Shown: positions 12,983 through 26,100 of the stretch, piece by piece
Numbering within the stretch: the stretch's first letter is position 1
Layout: each line of letters opens with the position of its first letter
NCBI GenBank assembly: GCA_000320545.1
Contig: ADNK01001796.1
Location: 1-38,326, forward strand
Reading direction: 5' to 3'
Length of the DNA stretch: 38,326 nt
Source of the DNA: Bigelowiella natans CCMP2755
Taxonomy: Eukaryota; Protista; Cercozoa
Position numbers and translations under genes: made by a program
Notes under the pieces: generated by a model
The model's input: only the letters and a program-made list of their open reading frames with translations
Database searches by the model: none
What the model was told of the DNA's origin: nothing

Positions 12983-14171
12983 TCCTACACACAGTAAGCG
13001 GAAGTGCCATCATCATCCATGATTGCCTTCATCACACCTTGGTTCTTCAATTGTAAATAAAAAGGTTTGTACGCCGAGTCGTATGTAGTCCAAGCCCCTA
13101 TAATAGCACGAAATACAACAACGACCATAATAATGATGATGATGATGATGATGATGATGATGCTACTAAATGAGTAGAGATGTCAGCAGTAAGAGATACG
13201 ATGATTCATTTCTTGTTTCCAAAGGCAGCAAGAGCTTCCAAGTGAACGATGATAATACATACTCTTTGAACGCTCCTCCAACCAATTCCTCTTGCAACTA
13301 CCCTACCCCCCCTCCCCGCTCGTTGTTGTAGTCCACAATTTGCAGTAAAAGTAGCAGTTAGTACCGACGATGATGCTTTCTTCGTCAGAGACTGCTGTAA
13401 CTCCTCGTCACCAGCTTCACGTTTGTGCTTTTGCACACCACTGCTAACAACAACAACAACAATGATGATGATGATGATGATGATAATGATTACAGTGATG
13501 ATGATAATAATGATGATAAAATGTGTTGTTCCCAGCAACATAGCATTTACCCTTTTCTCGAAAACTAACGGTGGTTTTTTATCCTAGATGTTAATCGTCA
13601 TAATGATGACTATTACTTACTAAGCTTCATCTTCTTAGTTGAGGTCAGCACTACTATTTACTATTACTGCTTCGTTCTAGCACCAAATGCTACTACCTTG
13701 TGGTCTTTTTCTCTAGATGGAGGAATCCTCCAAACACTGCCCCCTAAATGACGAGGATACCAATGTCTTCTATTAGCATTTCTCACTGACGATTGATGCT
13801 GTTGATTGTATTGTTCATTGTTCCTTGTGGTGATGATGATGATGATGATGATGATGATGCAACTGCGTAGTACAACTCTTACTTATCGTAATCACATGAT
13901 ATCGTAATGGTGGATAGAGGAGGAGGAGGAGGAGGAGGAGGAGGAGGAGGAAGAAGAAGAAGAAGAAAGGCACCATCATCACACCTTAGAAGTCTTGAAT
14001 ACGAGCAACACCAGTGTATCCTGATGATATTGATGAAAATCATACTAAATTAGAAGACGGTGATGAATAATGACGATTTGTGCTGCTGATATATCATACT
14101 AACAATAAGATCATCATACATGATGACGATTAGAAGTAGTAGTAGTTGTAGTAGTAGTAGTAGACAAGTAT

Positions 14172-14203
<32 letters not shown>

Positions 14204-14675
14204 AATACACCAGCAGCAGTCTTTTGATGAATAACTTACTTTATTCTTTCCTGAAGATCCCCCCCCTCCCCATTTACTCATTATTGTTCTGGTGGAAAAA
14301 AGAAGATGGAAGACAGCAAGAAGGCAAAAAACAAAGTTATTGAATGGTGGTACGTTATGAATGAATGGAAACAAACGCTATATGGGCCATCATGTACCAC
14401 GTAACATCTTATTTTGCAGTTAGTAGGTTGGAAGAAAGGAGTGTATGTGATTATCATTATCATTATGAGTATTGCACCTTTGAAGCGAGGCAAGACTGTA
14501 TCCGTCCTCCTTGCTCTTGAATAAACATACAGGGTCCTACATACATAATAATAATCATAAATAACAATCATTATAGCATAATAGCGACGATCATGGATGG
14601 TGCTAATATCACATAATGCTGCTGCTAGTAGTAAAATAAATAGTAATAATTATTGCTATTACTAGTTTATTTGCC

Positions 14676-14709
<34 letters not shown>

Positions 14710-15732
14710 TATTGATACGCTGCTCCTATCACATGACACACATGCCGCCGTATATGTAAAGGAGGAGGAGGAGGAGGAGGAGTCTCTTCTTCTTCAGTAT
14801 ACTACTACTATTCTCTTGCCTGGATGCCATGGACCGGGTCAAGATTATTCCAAATTGCACGAATTACACCAATCTATATGGATAGATGTATCAACATCAG
14901 AGTCAATGGCTATAATATTAATTATAATAATAACAATAATAATAATAATTTTAATAAAAACATTAATAATAAGGACAGCCTTGATTGGTATGCATCTTCT
15001 GATGGATACATCTGCATTGGCTTAACAGCTTCCTGTGCAAACAAACGAACAAACACCTTGAGAAGATCTGACTCTTTTTCATCGAATGCAGGAGTATAGA
15101 AGACAGGCACCTAATATATGATGATGGACAACGGATACGGATAATGATGAGGGAGGATGATGGATGATGATGAATATAGTCGGTAAGTGATAGTAATAAT
15201 AATGATAAACACGATGATTCTCTCGCCAGCAAACCATCGTATCTACTCGTAATCCAAGAACGAATGATGACCTAACAGCAGCGCTAAAATAGCTACTGAG
15301 TTGTTAAGCAGTCGCCGCTACAAGCACCACCACCACCACAATCACAATCACAAGCACGAGCACAAGCACAAGCACAAACACAAAAACTATCAGCAAACTG
15401 CAGCAGCTACCTTCGCGAACGGAACTTCTGTGATCTTGTGTTGTGCGTGCATCCGTTTCAACATCTGATTCGATTGATAACAATAATCAGAATAATGCTG
15501 AGGAAGATAAATAGCAATAGAGAAACCACCACCTTCCTTGAGAAATAGGGCAATCCAAAAGCTATTTCGAACAACTCTTCCGTAGGTGTACTGACAACAA
15601 TAATAATACATAATACAACAACAACAATGGTGTGTTTATTAAGGAGCAGGAATCATCAAAAGAAAGTAATTTGTATGACCAAGGGGGGAGGAGAGGGAGA
15701 GGGGAAGAAGGAGGAAAAGCACAGAAAAGAGG

Positions 15733-15788
<56 letters not shown>

Positions 15789-17110
15789 GAGAGAAGTCTT
15801 GGCCTCTTCTCTATTCTGGTCGCGGAGGTTGATATTTAACATTATTTGCCTCTTCTCCTTCCCCCCTCCCCTTCTTCCTCCTCCTTATCATCTTCGTTTA
15901 TTCTTTCGCACTATCTTATATTTCGAGTCACTCACCCCCCTTAACGTTATTCTTGTTTACTATGAAAAATTTCTGCTTCTCTCCTCCTCCTCCTCCTCCT
16001 CCTCCTCTCCTCCTCCCAATCATCATCATCATTATTATCATCAACAACAACACAACAAAGACTACAACCACTACTATCATCATATTCTTCTTCACCATCA
16101 TCATCTTAAAAATAATTATCTGCATCATCATCATTACTTTTCCTTCATGAGTCTTGGGAGGATATGCTTAAATTGAGAGGCACTTTGACATCTGTTGTAT
16201 TAGAGTAGTAGTAGTAGTAGTAGTAGTAATAGTAGTATGATGATGATGTTGATGATGATGATGATGATGATGGTGATGATGATATTGATGATGATACTGA
16301 TGATGGTATTGATGATGATGATAATGATACCGTTAAAAAAGAACTACGCAATGAATATCGAAAGTATACAGATCTGGTAAGATATAATGCAATGATTGTC
16401 TAGCAACATTATCGTCTAAATGATCATAATCATGATCATGATCGTCGTCGTCGTACTTTAGCAAACGGTGTTGATGCATGATAAGAACTGCCAGTGAGAA
16501 GCGAAAGAGAACCTGTAACAAGTAGTAACAAATACAGATTGTTGTGCAAGGATTATAAATGTGATCAGTAAGTTGTAGGCTGCTGTAAAAAGGATGAGGA
16601 AGAGGGGAAGGAATAATGTATAAAATGAGAAAAATAGTAGTTGCAAATCATTTGACAATCATCAAAATGTATAAATTTTAAAAAAGGACCTTGCTTCCTT
16701 CAAGAAGGAATACGTCAATGATACGCAGCACGGTAGGGTAGCTTAAGAATTCTACACACACACACACACACACACACAAGTGATAACAACAACATTAATC
16801 ATAATGGATGTTTTTATCCATAGCTAGTTGTTGGAGCGATTAATTTGTCGTTCGTTCTTGTGAATACAAATACCGAAGTGTAGAGGGAGAGGGTGGGTAA
16901 TTGGATGGTAGCAATTTTAGGTAACAACATGTGGATGATAAACTTCGTTGATCATCGATAAATAAAGTATCATTCTCACCTACAAACAAGCGTGCTAGCC
17001 ACACCCTCAAAAGTCTCCACCATATCAATTTCCAAGCCTGAATTATGTATTCATTGATTAGCTAAATATAAATATGTATAAATAGATAAAGAAATATATT
17101 TATGTATATA

Positions 17111-17156
<46 letters not shown>

Positions 17157-17180
17157 CTACAATAGTGCATAACCCCAAAC

Positions 17181-17219
<39 letters not shown>

Positions 17220-17690
17220 CACACTCTAGATCATTGCCTGATACTACTGAATCTACTGCTACTATTGGTTTTATAGCCACCTTTTGATGTGTTTGGCTAG
17301 GGATCGGCATCTGACGAGATGTAAATCCACACATACAACACACAGCAGTTCAGAGACACAAAAATAAGAAAATACACACAGGCAAAAATGCTGCTGCGGT
17401 ATAAGATGTTTCCATGGAGGGGGGAGAGGACAAGTAACGTTTGTCGTGAAATGAGAAGAAGAAGAAGAAGAAGAAGAAGAAGAAGAAGAAGAAGAGAGAA
17501 GAGAGAAGAGAGAGAAAGACGACCCTTGAAAACTAGTATTATTAACACTAATGATATTATGTGTGCTCTTGCTATTAATAATGATGATGACGACGATGAT
17601 GATGATTATGATGATAAATACGATGATACTTCTTACACCTGGCCTCTAGCAAAAGCTGCAAACTCTCCACATGACACATGAATCTCTGAA

Positions 17691-17740
<50 letters not shown>

Positions 17741-18107
17741 GCGAAGAAAAGGATGATAACGATACTGATGAGGAATATCTAAATATAATAAGTATGCTGC
17801 TCTCTCAAGGATGATGATGATGATGATACTTGGTGTCGTTAGACAAAAGTAGTTGACATTCAAAGCATGAAGAAGGAGAGAAGTTTCTCCAACAACTAAT
17901 TGACTAGCAACTAACAAATAACAACAAGGACATGGAAAATCATCCTCACCTCTCCAGAAAGCGGCACGTAGAATTCGTCATCATCATCATCATCATCCTG
18001 AGATTGTTGGTTTGAGAGGAGGAGGAGGAGGAGGAGGAGGAGGAGGAGGAGGAGTAGGAGGAGAGGGGTTCACATCTAAATACTACAACATGCGGCGAAG
18101 AGAGTGA

Positions 18108-18156
<49 letters not shown>

Positions 18157-18922
18157 ACTTCTCACCTACCAGTTGATAGTATTACATAATGTTAGCAGAT
18201 TAATTCTTAGGAAGGAAGCAAGTATGGAAGAAGAACACACTACTTCTAACACACTAGGGAGGAGAATTAGTACATGACAATTGGTACATGACGGAGCACG
18301 ACTACCTTCGATCTGCGAAGTATCTCTTTAAGTAGTAAGAATGCTCGCCAATCTTCCATTGGTAAATGCTGCAGCACATGCCAACATAACAAGTGAGGAG
18401 TGGTGGGATGTTAAGCAGTACATGCACAATTATCCGCAACCATTGAAGAGTCAATCCCTGCTGCTACTACTACTACTACTACTACTACTACTGTCTTCTC
18501 ACTGTTTCTCACCAATAACAACGCTGCGAGATCAGGCAGCATTGGACAATATCTGAATTAGAATGAAAAAACAAAGAACAACACATCATGTATGATTGAT
18601 GTCGCACGTATTCACTCCCTCTTTTCCCCATTCACAATCTCCTCCTCAATTAGTTTTATTGCATGATTACGTGATATGAGGATGAAGTGTTTGAATGACG
18701 CAGAGTAGTCTTTTCACAGCGAGCTTTCCTACCGCTGTTGTGTTGTTAAAACATCATCATGATGATGATAATGATAATGATGATAATGATTAGTAGTCAT
18801 GAGGAGGAGGCGAATAACTACGAGAGAGTTATTGTATTTATGGTTTAATTGAAAGAACCAGGATCATCAATTGAAGCACGAATACGTAGTAGGAGTAGTA
18901 GTTATAGTTATATTAGTAGTAT

Positions 18923-18954
<32 letters not shown>

Positions 18955-19548
18955 AGAGGAGGAGGAGGAGGAGGAGGAGGAGGAGGAGAAGGAGGAGAAG
19001 ATACTTACGTGTGAGAGGGTGTGAATGCAGCAGCATCATCCCACCGAAATCTGGAACCTATGATGATGATGATGATGATGTAGTAGTAGTAGTAGTAGTA
19101 ATAGTATTATCGGATAAAAACAACAACACATCTTCATCATCACTGGCTACATTCATCTATCCATCCATCGGTCCATCTATCCATCCATCATCCGTGTTGA
19201 TAATAAATAGACAAATGCTGTTTACTTACTTACTACCCTCATCAAATGCATTTCATCTTCTTGCATAGGAATGTATCCGTGCCATAGAATCTGAAAATGA
19301 TGACAGTTCCACACAAAACAATAAAAATATTCATTATAAAATAGGTTAAGTTGGAAGTAGTGGATGGCGACGTGATGATAGTAGCAACGACATCAATAGA
19401 GGATGATGATGATGATGATAATGATGATGATAATGATGATTGATGATGAAAGTTCATTTCTATGTATCATTAAAAAATCTCCCATCATCTTCATCCTCAG
19501 CATCATCATGAATCAATTATTATCGTCATCATCATCATTATTTCGTCG

Positions 19549-19582
<34 letters not shown>

Positions 19583-19817
19583 TCTAGTACATGCAAACTG
19601 ATCATCCTCAACTCCTAACTACTAACTACCTCTTCTTCACTTTCAAGCTCATCCTCAAGAACTTCTGTATCCCCCTCCTCCTCCAACTCTCTTTTGCACA
19701 CCAGAAATGTCCACACGGCTTTTCGTGCCCTAAATTTATAACATAGATATATTTTCATAACAATAACAACAACAACAACAGATTCTTCTTCTTCTTCTTC
19801 TTCTTCTTCTTCTTCTT

Positions 19818-19861
<44 letters not shown>

Positions 19862-19930
19862 ACATGAGGTATGCCATGGCCTCGAATGGAAGCCTAAAAG
19901 ATGATGATGATGATGATGATGATCATGATA

Positions 19931-19963
<33 letters not shown>

Positions 19964-20145
19964 CAGGTCGCAGCAAGTGGCCTTCGAAGATTAAAGATAA
20001 AAGCACCACTAGCACCACACAGTAGTAGCAGTACCTTGAGATCCTTCTTGCTCATACAGATTATATCTTGAGCAATAGATGTAACAGCATCATCGTCAAT
20101 TGAAATGCTTGACATCATCACCCAGCTGTTAGAAGAAAAAGCCCT
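10905..20145 (-). CDS. TBC1D24: TBC1D24/Skywalker-like protein (Rab-GAP TBC domain plus C-terminal TLDc domain), >25 small exons
   Basis: TBC-domain exon peptides: KKDLK-ASIRGHGIPHVARKAVWTFLV; VPDFGG; GKLAVKRLLCVIQTLHPHIT-YCPMLPDLAALLL-HLPMEDWRAF; VWLARLFVG-FLSYPTVLRIIDVFLLEGSK-VLFRFSLAVL; TPTEELFEIAFGLPYFSRK. TLDc-domain exon peptides: IRAIWNNLDPVHGIQ-DPVCLFKSKEDGYSL; TLVLLVFKTSK-GAVFGGFL; GVQTFLFTIEEP; AFGGPNETAFFLDDKLHHGFTE-ACSLFGSPPL...FKCVVVEAWGLTQ*. Stop TAG at 10907-10905. The start is uncertain (ATG at 20118 or further upstream). Confidence 0.88.
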
Positions 20146-20150
20146 CTGTA

Positions 20151-20182
<32 letters not shown>

Positions 20183-20601
20183 ATATGTCAGTGATGGATG
20201 ATTACGATGACATCATGGATGGCAAAGGGAGAAAATATCAGTATTCTTGGCATCATCAGCACGCTTATTCTTGTATTCAGTAGCACCTCTAACTGTTTCA
20301 CACTATTTGGTTCTCCTCCTTTCCTTGTTGTTCTTCTTCTTCTCACATCCTCCTCCTCCTTTTCCTCCTTATCCTTCACACTACTGCTAGTAAATAGTCG
20401 TCGGTTGATAGTTGCAAAGCTTCTCCTATATTGAACAACATCGCACACAAAAGGCATAAAATGAAGAAAAAAAGAATGTAATACAACGCTAATTCTCAAG
20501 ACTACAAACAGACAATCCTTAAGTTATTACAATCTTTGCTTGGTTTTTCTATCTAACAGATGCTGACATTACTAACCAATGAATAATAATCGAGTAAGAT
20601 A

Positions 20602-20875
20602 TCATTGCAACGGTGATAAGCTACGTACAACAACAACAACTACTACTACTATTACTACTACTATAATTGCACATACATTTCTTTGAGCGCGGAAGTCTAT
20701 ATGGTGATGAACAATGATAGTACCAAAGGAACAGAGAATAACAACAGCAATATCAATGATAATTAGAGGAAGAATGACGACAGAGGGAAGTAAGGACGTT
20801 GCTACTGATATATCCCTAAGAAAGACTCCATTGGAAAACAACGCTAATCCCAAAATAAGAACTATCATCATCATT

Positions 20876-20913
<38 letters not shown>

Positions 20914-21696
20914 TAATAAATAATAGCGGTAGTTGATAGGTACGTAGTAGTTGTTACGTGAGGAATCAATTACTACTTTTGTAATGTCGCTATCCTCTTC
21001 TTGGGAGAGGATATTGCAATGGTAATCCTTATGATCGGTGGTAGCGTCATCACCAGCAGCAGCAGCGCCGGTGCTACCATTATTCCTCCTCCTCGTGAAT
21101 TCTGTCAACGATTTGTTCAATGTTGGCGGGGGGGGGGGTGGATATGTTGGACCCACAGCAAACGAGTCCCTTGTAGTAGTAGTAGTTGTAGTAGTAGTAG
21201 TAGTAGTGGCAGCCTTGTTCTTCTTCTTCTTCCTCTTCCTCTCCTAACGATAGGACAAATAAAAATAAGGAATGAGACAGCAAACACAAGAACGATGGTA
21301 CTTGCACACAACATAATTCAAAAACTAAGTAATCTATAGTTGATTCAGGTTGATGATATTCACTAGTAGTGACAACAACATAACCACGTTGGTTGTTGCA
21401 GAAATAATCCCCAGGTGTACAGAACGCTGTTTATCCAAAAAGCTAATGCTTCTGATAGGAGAAGAAATAAGTGATAACAATAATAAGAATAAGTTGATCA
21501 ACAAGATATTAAGACTGACAAACGAACGATTACAGGAAGGAGGAGAACAACTTGTTTTTTCCTCCTCCTCACTATTTGTCTAAGCGGTGCTGTGTACTAT
21601 TATTATTGTAATTATTATGATCTGTCTGCCTCTCTCTCTCTCTCTCTTTATTTTTCTCTCTATCTGTGCACCGGTTGAATAGATTGTATGCAGCAT

Positions 21697-21728
<32 letters not shown>

Positions 21729-21777
21729 ATTTGATATCTCTCTCTCCCCCCCCCCTCTCTCTTTTCTCATGCACACA

Positions 21778-21834
<57 letters not shown>

Positions 21835-21971
21835 ATATTTTAAGTCCGTCCACATCATCCACGAAGTAGCTTGTTCTACATATGCTGCTTCTCTTCTTCG
21901 TCGTCAAAGTACCTTCTCCTTGTGAGGCGCCTCCCAGACGACGTTGAGAAACGTCTTGATTCTGATATTAT

Positions 21972-22009
<38 letters not shown>

Positions 22010-22825
22010 TGACGATGATAATGAGGATGACGACTATCACAACACTTGTGCTAAATTGCACGTTAATTAACACGAACAAACAAGAGTTAGCTCTTCTTAC
22101 AGCATTAAGACAACAACAACAACGCATAACCACCATCCTCTGTAAACACGTACTACTACTACCACCACCACCACCACCACTACTACTACTACTACTACCT
22201 CTTCGTTTGAGAGTCTTTAGACGCTTGAGATAATTACCAAATCCATCCATTCCTTTTACCTTCGCCTGGATGATGATGATGGGGCGTGTGCCGTACAGAA
22301 GAAGAAGAAGAAGAAGAAGAAGAAGAAGAAGAAGAGGAGGAGGAGGAGAAGGAGGAGGGGAAGGAGGAATATATACGATATTCTCATAAAAAACGATCAT
22401 TTGTATTCTCTCACTCACTGTTTCTGTTAAATTGTACCTTTGTAAATATTTGAAATGGATGTTAACGGAATAATAATCGATGATAACAATGGTGAAATAC
22501 ATAGTGACGATATAATCCCCATCATCATCATCATCATCATCATCATTTAAATATACCCCCCACAGTGGTCCATTACTAGCATCAACCTCATCATTTATTA
22601 TATCCTCAACTGCACCCTACTAACAATCGTAGTAGTTGTTATAATCATTATCACATCTATTTACTATACAACTTTTATATATTATTACCATCCGGCACAT
22701 TTTCTCCAGCATCACAAGTGAAGCACCATCGTGATTAGGTGATATCATCTACACAACAAGAGTACTATCACTAGTGAAGCACCATCGTGATTAGGTGATA
22801 TCATCTACACAACAAGAGTAGTAGT

Positions 22826-22858
<33 letters not shown>

Positions 22859-24228
22859 TGTAATATCATATATAAATGGGACTGCTATATAGATAGCTGC
22901 TAATAATAGGGATGGATGATGATAGCCATTACTATTATTAATGTTATCATTATCCCCAGCATGAGCATTATTACTGTTGATTCCCCTGATGTTGTTTTGC
23001 CATCATCCTCCTTTTCATGTCGTATCCTGTAACAAATAACCGCAAAGTTTACGAACATTGCTAGCAATGTTATACCAGTTGTCAGGAATAACTAGTGGTA
23101 AAAACTGTTTGGAAGAATTTGGTCCTCCCTGCCCCCCCCCCCCCCTATCTACCTGTCGCTACTGACGATACGCACGAGTTTCCATGGGTGGATCGTAGTG
23201 AACAATCGAAACTTTTCAACGTAGCCTCCAAACTGAAGTAGTCAGCACCAAGAGCAATAGTGACCGCCACTATCATAAGTTAAATAATAGCAATAACCCA
23301 ACAAAGGACTAAAAGAGAAAGGAGAAACTGCATAATAAGTTCATTGCTGAAAAAAAAAACATCATAAGGGGTGTTTTTCAATGTTAGTCATGCGTTTGAT
23401 AATTAATTGACCTCTCCCTCCAAAAACGATTTGATGCGATACCTCTGCTACAGATGTAGATTGTATCATCATTGTCAGTACAAAACATGTAACATAATCA
23501 GACATCTTTTCATGTTAATAGCTCAATTCTGAATAATACCGGGGATATTCACCATCCATCCCTTTTCTGCTCGATCAGTCCTTACGCATAAGGGGGAGGG
23601 AGAACACATACTCAAAGGGAAGCATGCTACCTTTTTCTCGTGATGGCTCTCCCGTGCCTGTATTTCTCCATCATCTACCAGCTCTTGCACCAGCAGGAAC
23701 CGAATCGGCCTCCATGAATCTCGCTGCATTGCATGATAATAACCACCATTTTATGTGTGTGGGCGTGTGCTCGTGTGAGATGTGCAAGTTTATGATGGAG
23801 GGCTAATGATGCTGTTGACTAGTAATCATACATAAATGGCGAGCAGAAAGCACACATCGTTCAGGTATTGAAGAGTGATAGCAAACGATAGTAGCAAGAA
23901 TAATAATACTACATAGGGAAGAGTGGTATGCAAAATATGGCTCCCTCTTCATTATGTATGTATCCCAAATAATACCCTCTTATACCAATTCATATGGATC
24001 AGATCCCCTCACAATGCACATATCATGTCCCGATGTATAAGGATCTCTTATTCCGCTCATGCAGCTCGTACTACTTGTTATTGATTCATCGTGTGTTCTT
24101 TATGCTTGCATGGTGGAGAATAATGTGCTCGATGAGTAGCAATTTTGCATCGATGTCACCTTCCTATCCTTTGCCTGCTGTATGAGCTTGTCGGCAAGGT
24201 TCTGCGAAGGGTGAAACTTGGCCTCCAT
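20602..24228 (-). CDS. Probable multi-exon gene for an unknown protein with hydrophobic (membrane) segments; structure unresolved
   Basis: Non-repetitive segments, several bounded by AG/GT: AVTIALGADYFSLEATLKSFDCSLRSTHGNSCVSSVAT, IPDNWYNIASNVRKLC, MISPNHDGASLVMLEKMCRM, GAVEDIINDEVDASNGPLWG, IKTFLNVVWEAPHKEK, ALAFWINSVLYTWGLFLQQPTW, IVLILGLALFSNGVFLRDISVATSLLPSVVILPLIII. No family recognised, and the frames are not all reconciled. Confidence 0.35.
22717..22820. repeat. Perfect 48-bp direct repeat (period 56) duplicating a minus-strand splice acceptor and exon start
   Basis: agtgaagcaccatcgtgattaggtgatatcatctacacaacaagagta occurs at 22717-22764 and 22773-22820, with spacer ctatcact. Confidence 0.95.
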
Positions 24229-24275
24229 GAAGGATGTGGTTATTCACCTAGCTGCTTCTTCCGAGTATTTATTAT

Positions 24276-25440
24276 TCGACAGGATGAAGAGACGAAGGCT
24301 TGGACGTCAGCAGGAAGGAGGAGGAGGGAGAATGTCGGGCTGTTGTGCTTCTAGACGGCTCAGGCAAGCATGTCAGCTTCCATGCTCTGCATGCTGTCTA
24401 ATTGAAAGAACGGCTGTTGCGTTGCTGGTAGATCGATTCATCCGTCCTGTTGTTAGCCGACAATGCACACCGATGAGATTGTTGTTGCATGTGTTGCGAA
24501 TGGCAATGTTACACATTGTCGAGACAACATGCGCATTTTCGTAATTTTGCCACCGCCGATGGCAGGGAAACGAAATGTTGGGTGTGGTTCTGTGGAGTCC
24601 ATGCATGCACGGCGGCAAACAGCTTGCCATCCCCAATCCCCAACAGCCACACCCAAACCAAGACACTTCATGCATTTCATGGACCTAACGACCTCCGGAC
24701 ACCATCACAGAATCCCAAGATGGACACTTTTTGTTGTCGCAATGCATCAAAAGGATGGGAAACACATTGCTAGCAGAAGGGTCATCGTGCGCTTGAGTGC
24801 AAGCTCTTGCTGATTCATTTCCTGGACATGGGATTTCCGACGTTTCGTTCTACAAACAAGTGCGACCAATCGATGAACAAAGTTTCTTTCTTTTTTCCTT
24901 TCCAAGTGAGAGCCTACACACATGTAGATGTCATGCACATTGGGGCTCTCTCGTGCAAAGTTCTCTAAGACATGTGTGGTTAGCTACATGTGTCCGCATG
25001 GAACATGTGCACTTAATTACTTATGTTCGCATACCGGTTGTACGTGAGAGCCTACACATATATAGATATTATATACATTAGGGCTCTCTCCCAATTTGGC
25101 ATGTGGAGTTTCGAATTGAGACTCTGCGCTGTCGTCTGGCTTGTCATTGCGCAAGCTGTGCGATGATGCGCACATGAATGAGCAGCGGCCTGCCCCAGGA
25201 TGAAGCTCATCATCATCACGCACTAGCGCACAACAACGGCGCAGAACGGAGCATCCAACCCATCGCTAATTTATCAGTGATTTGAGTGCTTTGCGGCTGT
25301 GTGGTCCCGTGTGCCATCGCAATGTTGGCAACAGCAACATCCAGACTAGCAGATGTGCTACACATGTGGCATGCATGTAGGTTGATATTGTCAGCTCTAA
25401 CAAATGCCTAGATGTGTCGTGCGTGTGAATCCAACTAGTT
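24276..25440. other. Intergenic TpA-depleted tract 3
   Basis: 24276-24952 has 11 TA, 9 of them in CTA/TAG context. 25091-25440 has 10 TA, 8 in CTA/TAG context. The two parts are separated by a TA-rich island at about 25010-25080. Confidence 0.85.
24906..25090. repeat. Two diverged 47-bp direct repeats (24906-24952, 25044-25090) with inverted ends GAGAGCC...GGCTCTC, flanking a 91-bp spacer
   Basis: gtgagagcctacacacatgtagatgtcatgcacattggggctctctc versus gtgagagcctacacatatatagatattatatacattagggctctctc: 40/47 identical, no gaps. Confidence 0.93.
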
Positions 25441-26100
25441 TCTACATTTTTTAGACTTCAAGCTTGAAAGCCTTAGAATTCAAAATGTTTCGGTATTCAC
25501 TGTGAGAACGACAGAAACTGCGCTACGAAGAACATCACGGCTCGGCATATCCCATATCTTCTTTCTTCCTCTTTTTGAATTGCTAATTAATAAAAATATA
25601 CATATTAAGTTCAGTTGGAGCGACTCAACTTGCTATCATGCGTAACTTAAGTACACTACCTTAATCCCCTCCTTCTGGGCTACTGCATCTCTGCGTATTC
25701 CGGAGAAAATAAACAAGAAGTACACAGCAAGTCAAAACATGATCCAACATGTATATCTATCCGTAAACGAGTACAAATATTACATTCATTACTGCAATCA
25801 ATCTATACGTGCAGAAGAATGAAAACAAACAAACCTATAGTCGAAAAAATATGCTGATTCCACTACCACAACTATTACTAAAATCAGAAGTAAAAGGAAT
25901 CATCATCGTACTACAAATGTTCTTCTGAAGTCGCTACTACTACTCTGCAGCAATACCGCAATGCATCATAATGAATGCTCCCTGAGGTTCCAGCTTTTTA
26001 GAAAAGAGAAATTAAATTACTTCCATTATTTATTTATCGGTAACAACACAAATCCGTTTGTCAAGAATCATGAAAACTGCGACGGATATTCTTCCTCGTA

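Noticed and set aside
22717-22820. CRISPR-like repeat-spacer-repeat
   Set aside because: Only two copies with an 8-bp spacer, in a eukaryotic context with no cas genes.
24218-25223. Similar dense cluster of overlapping ORFs
   Set aside because: Same stop-codon depletion artefact within tract 3.
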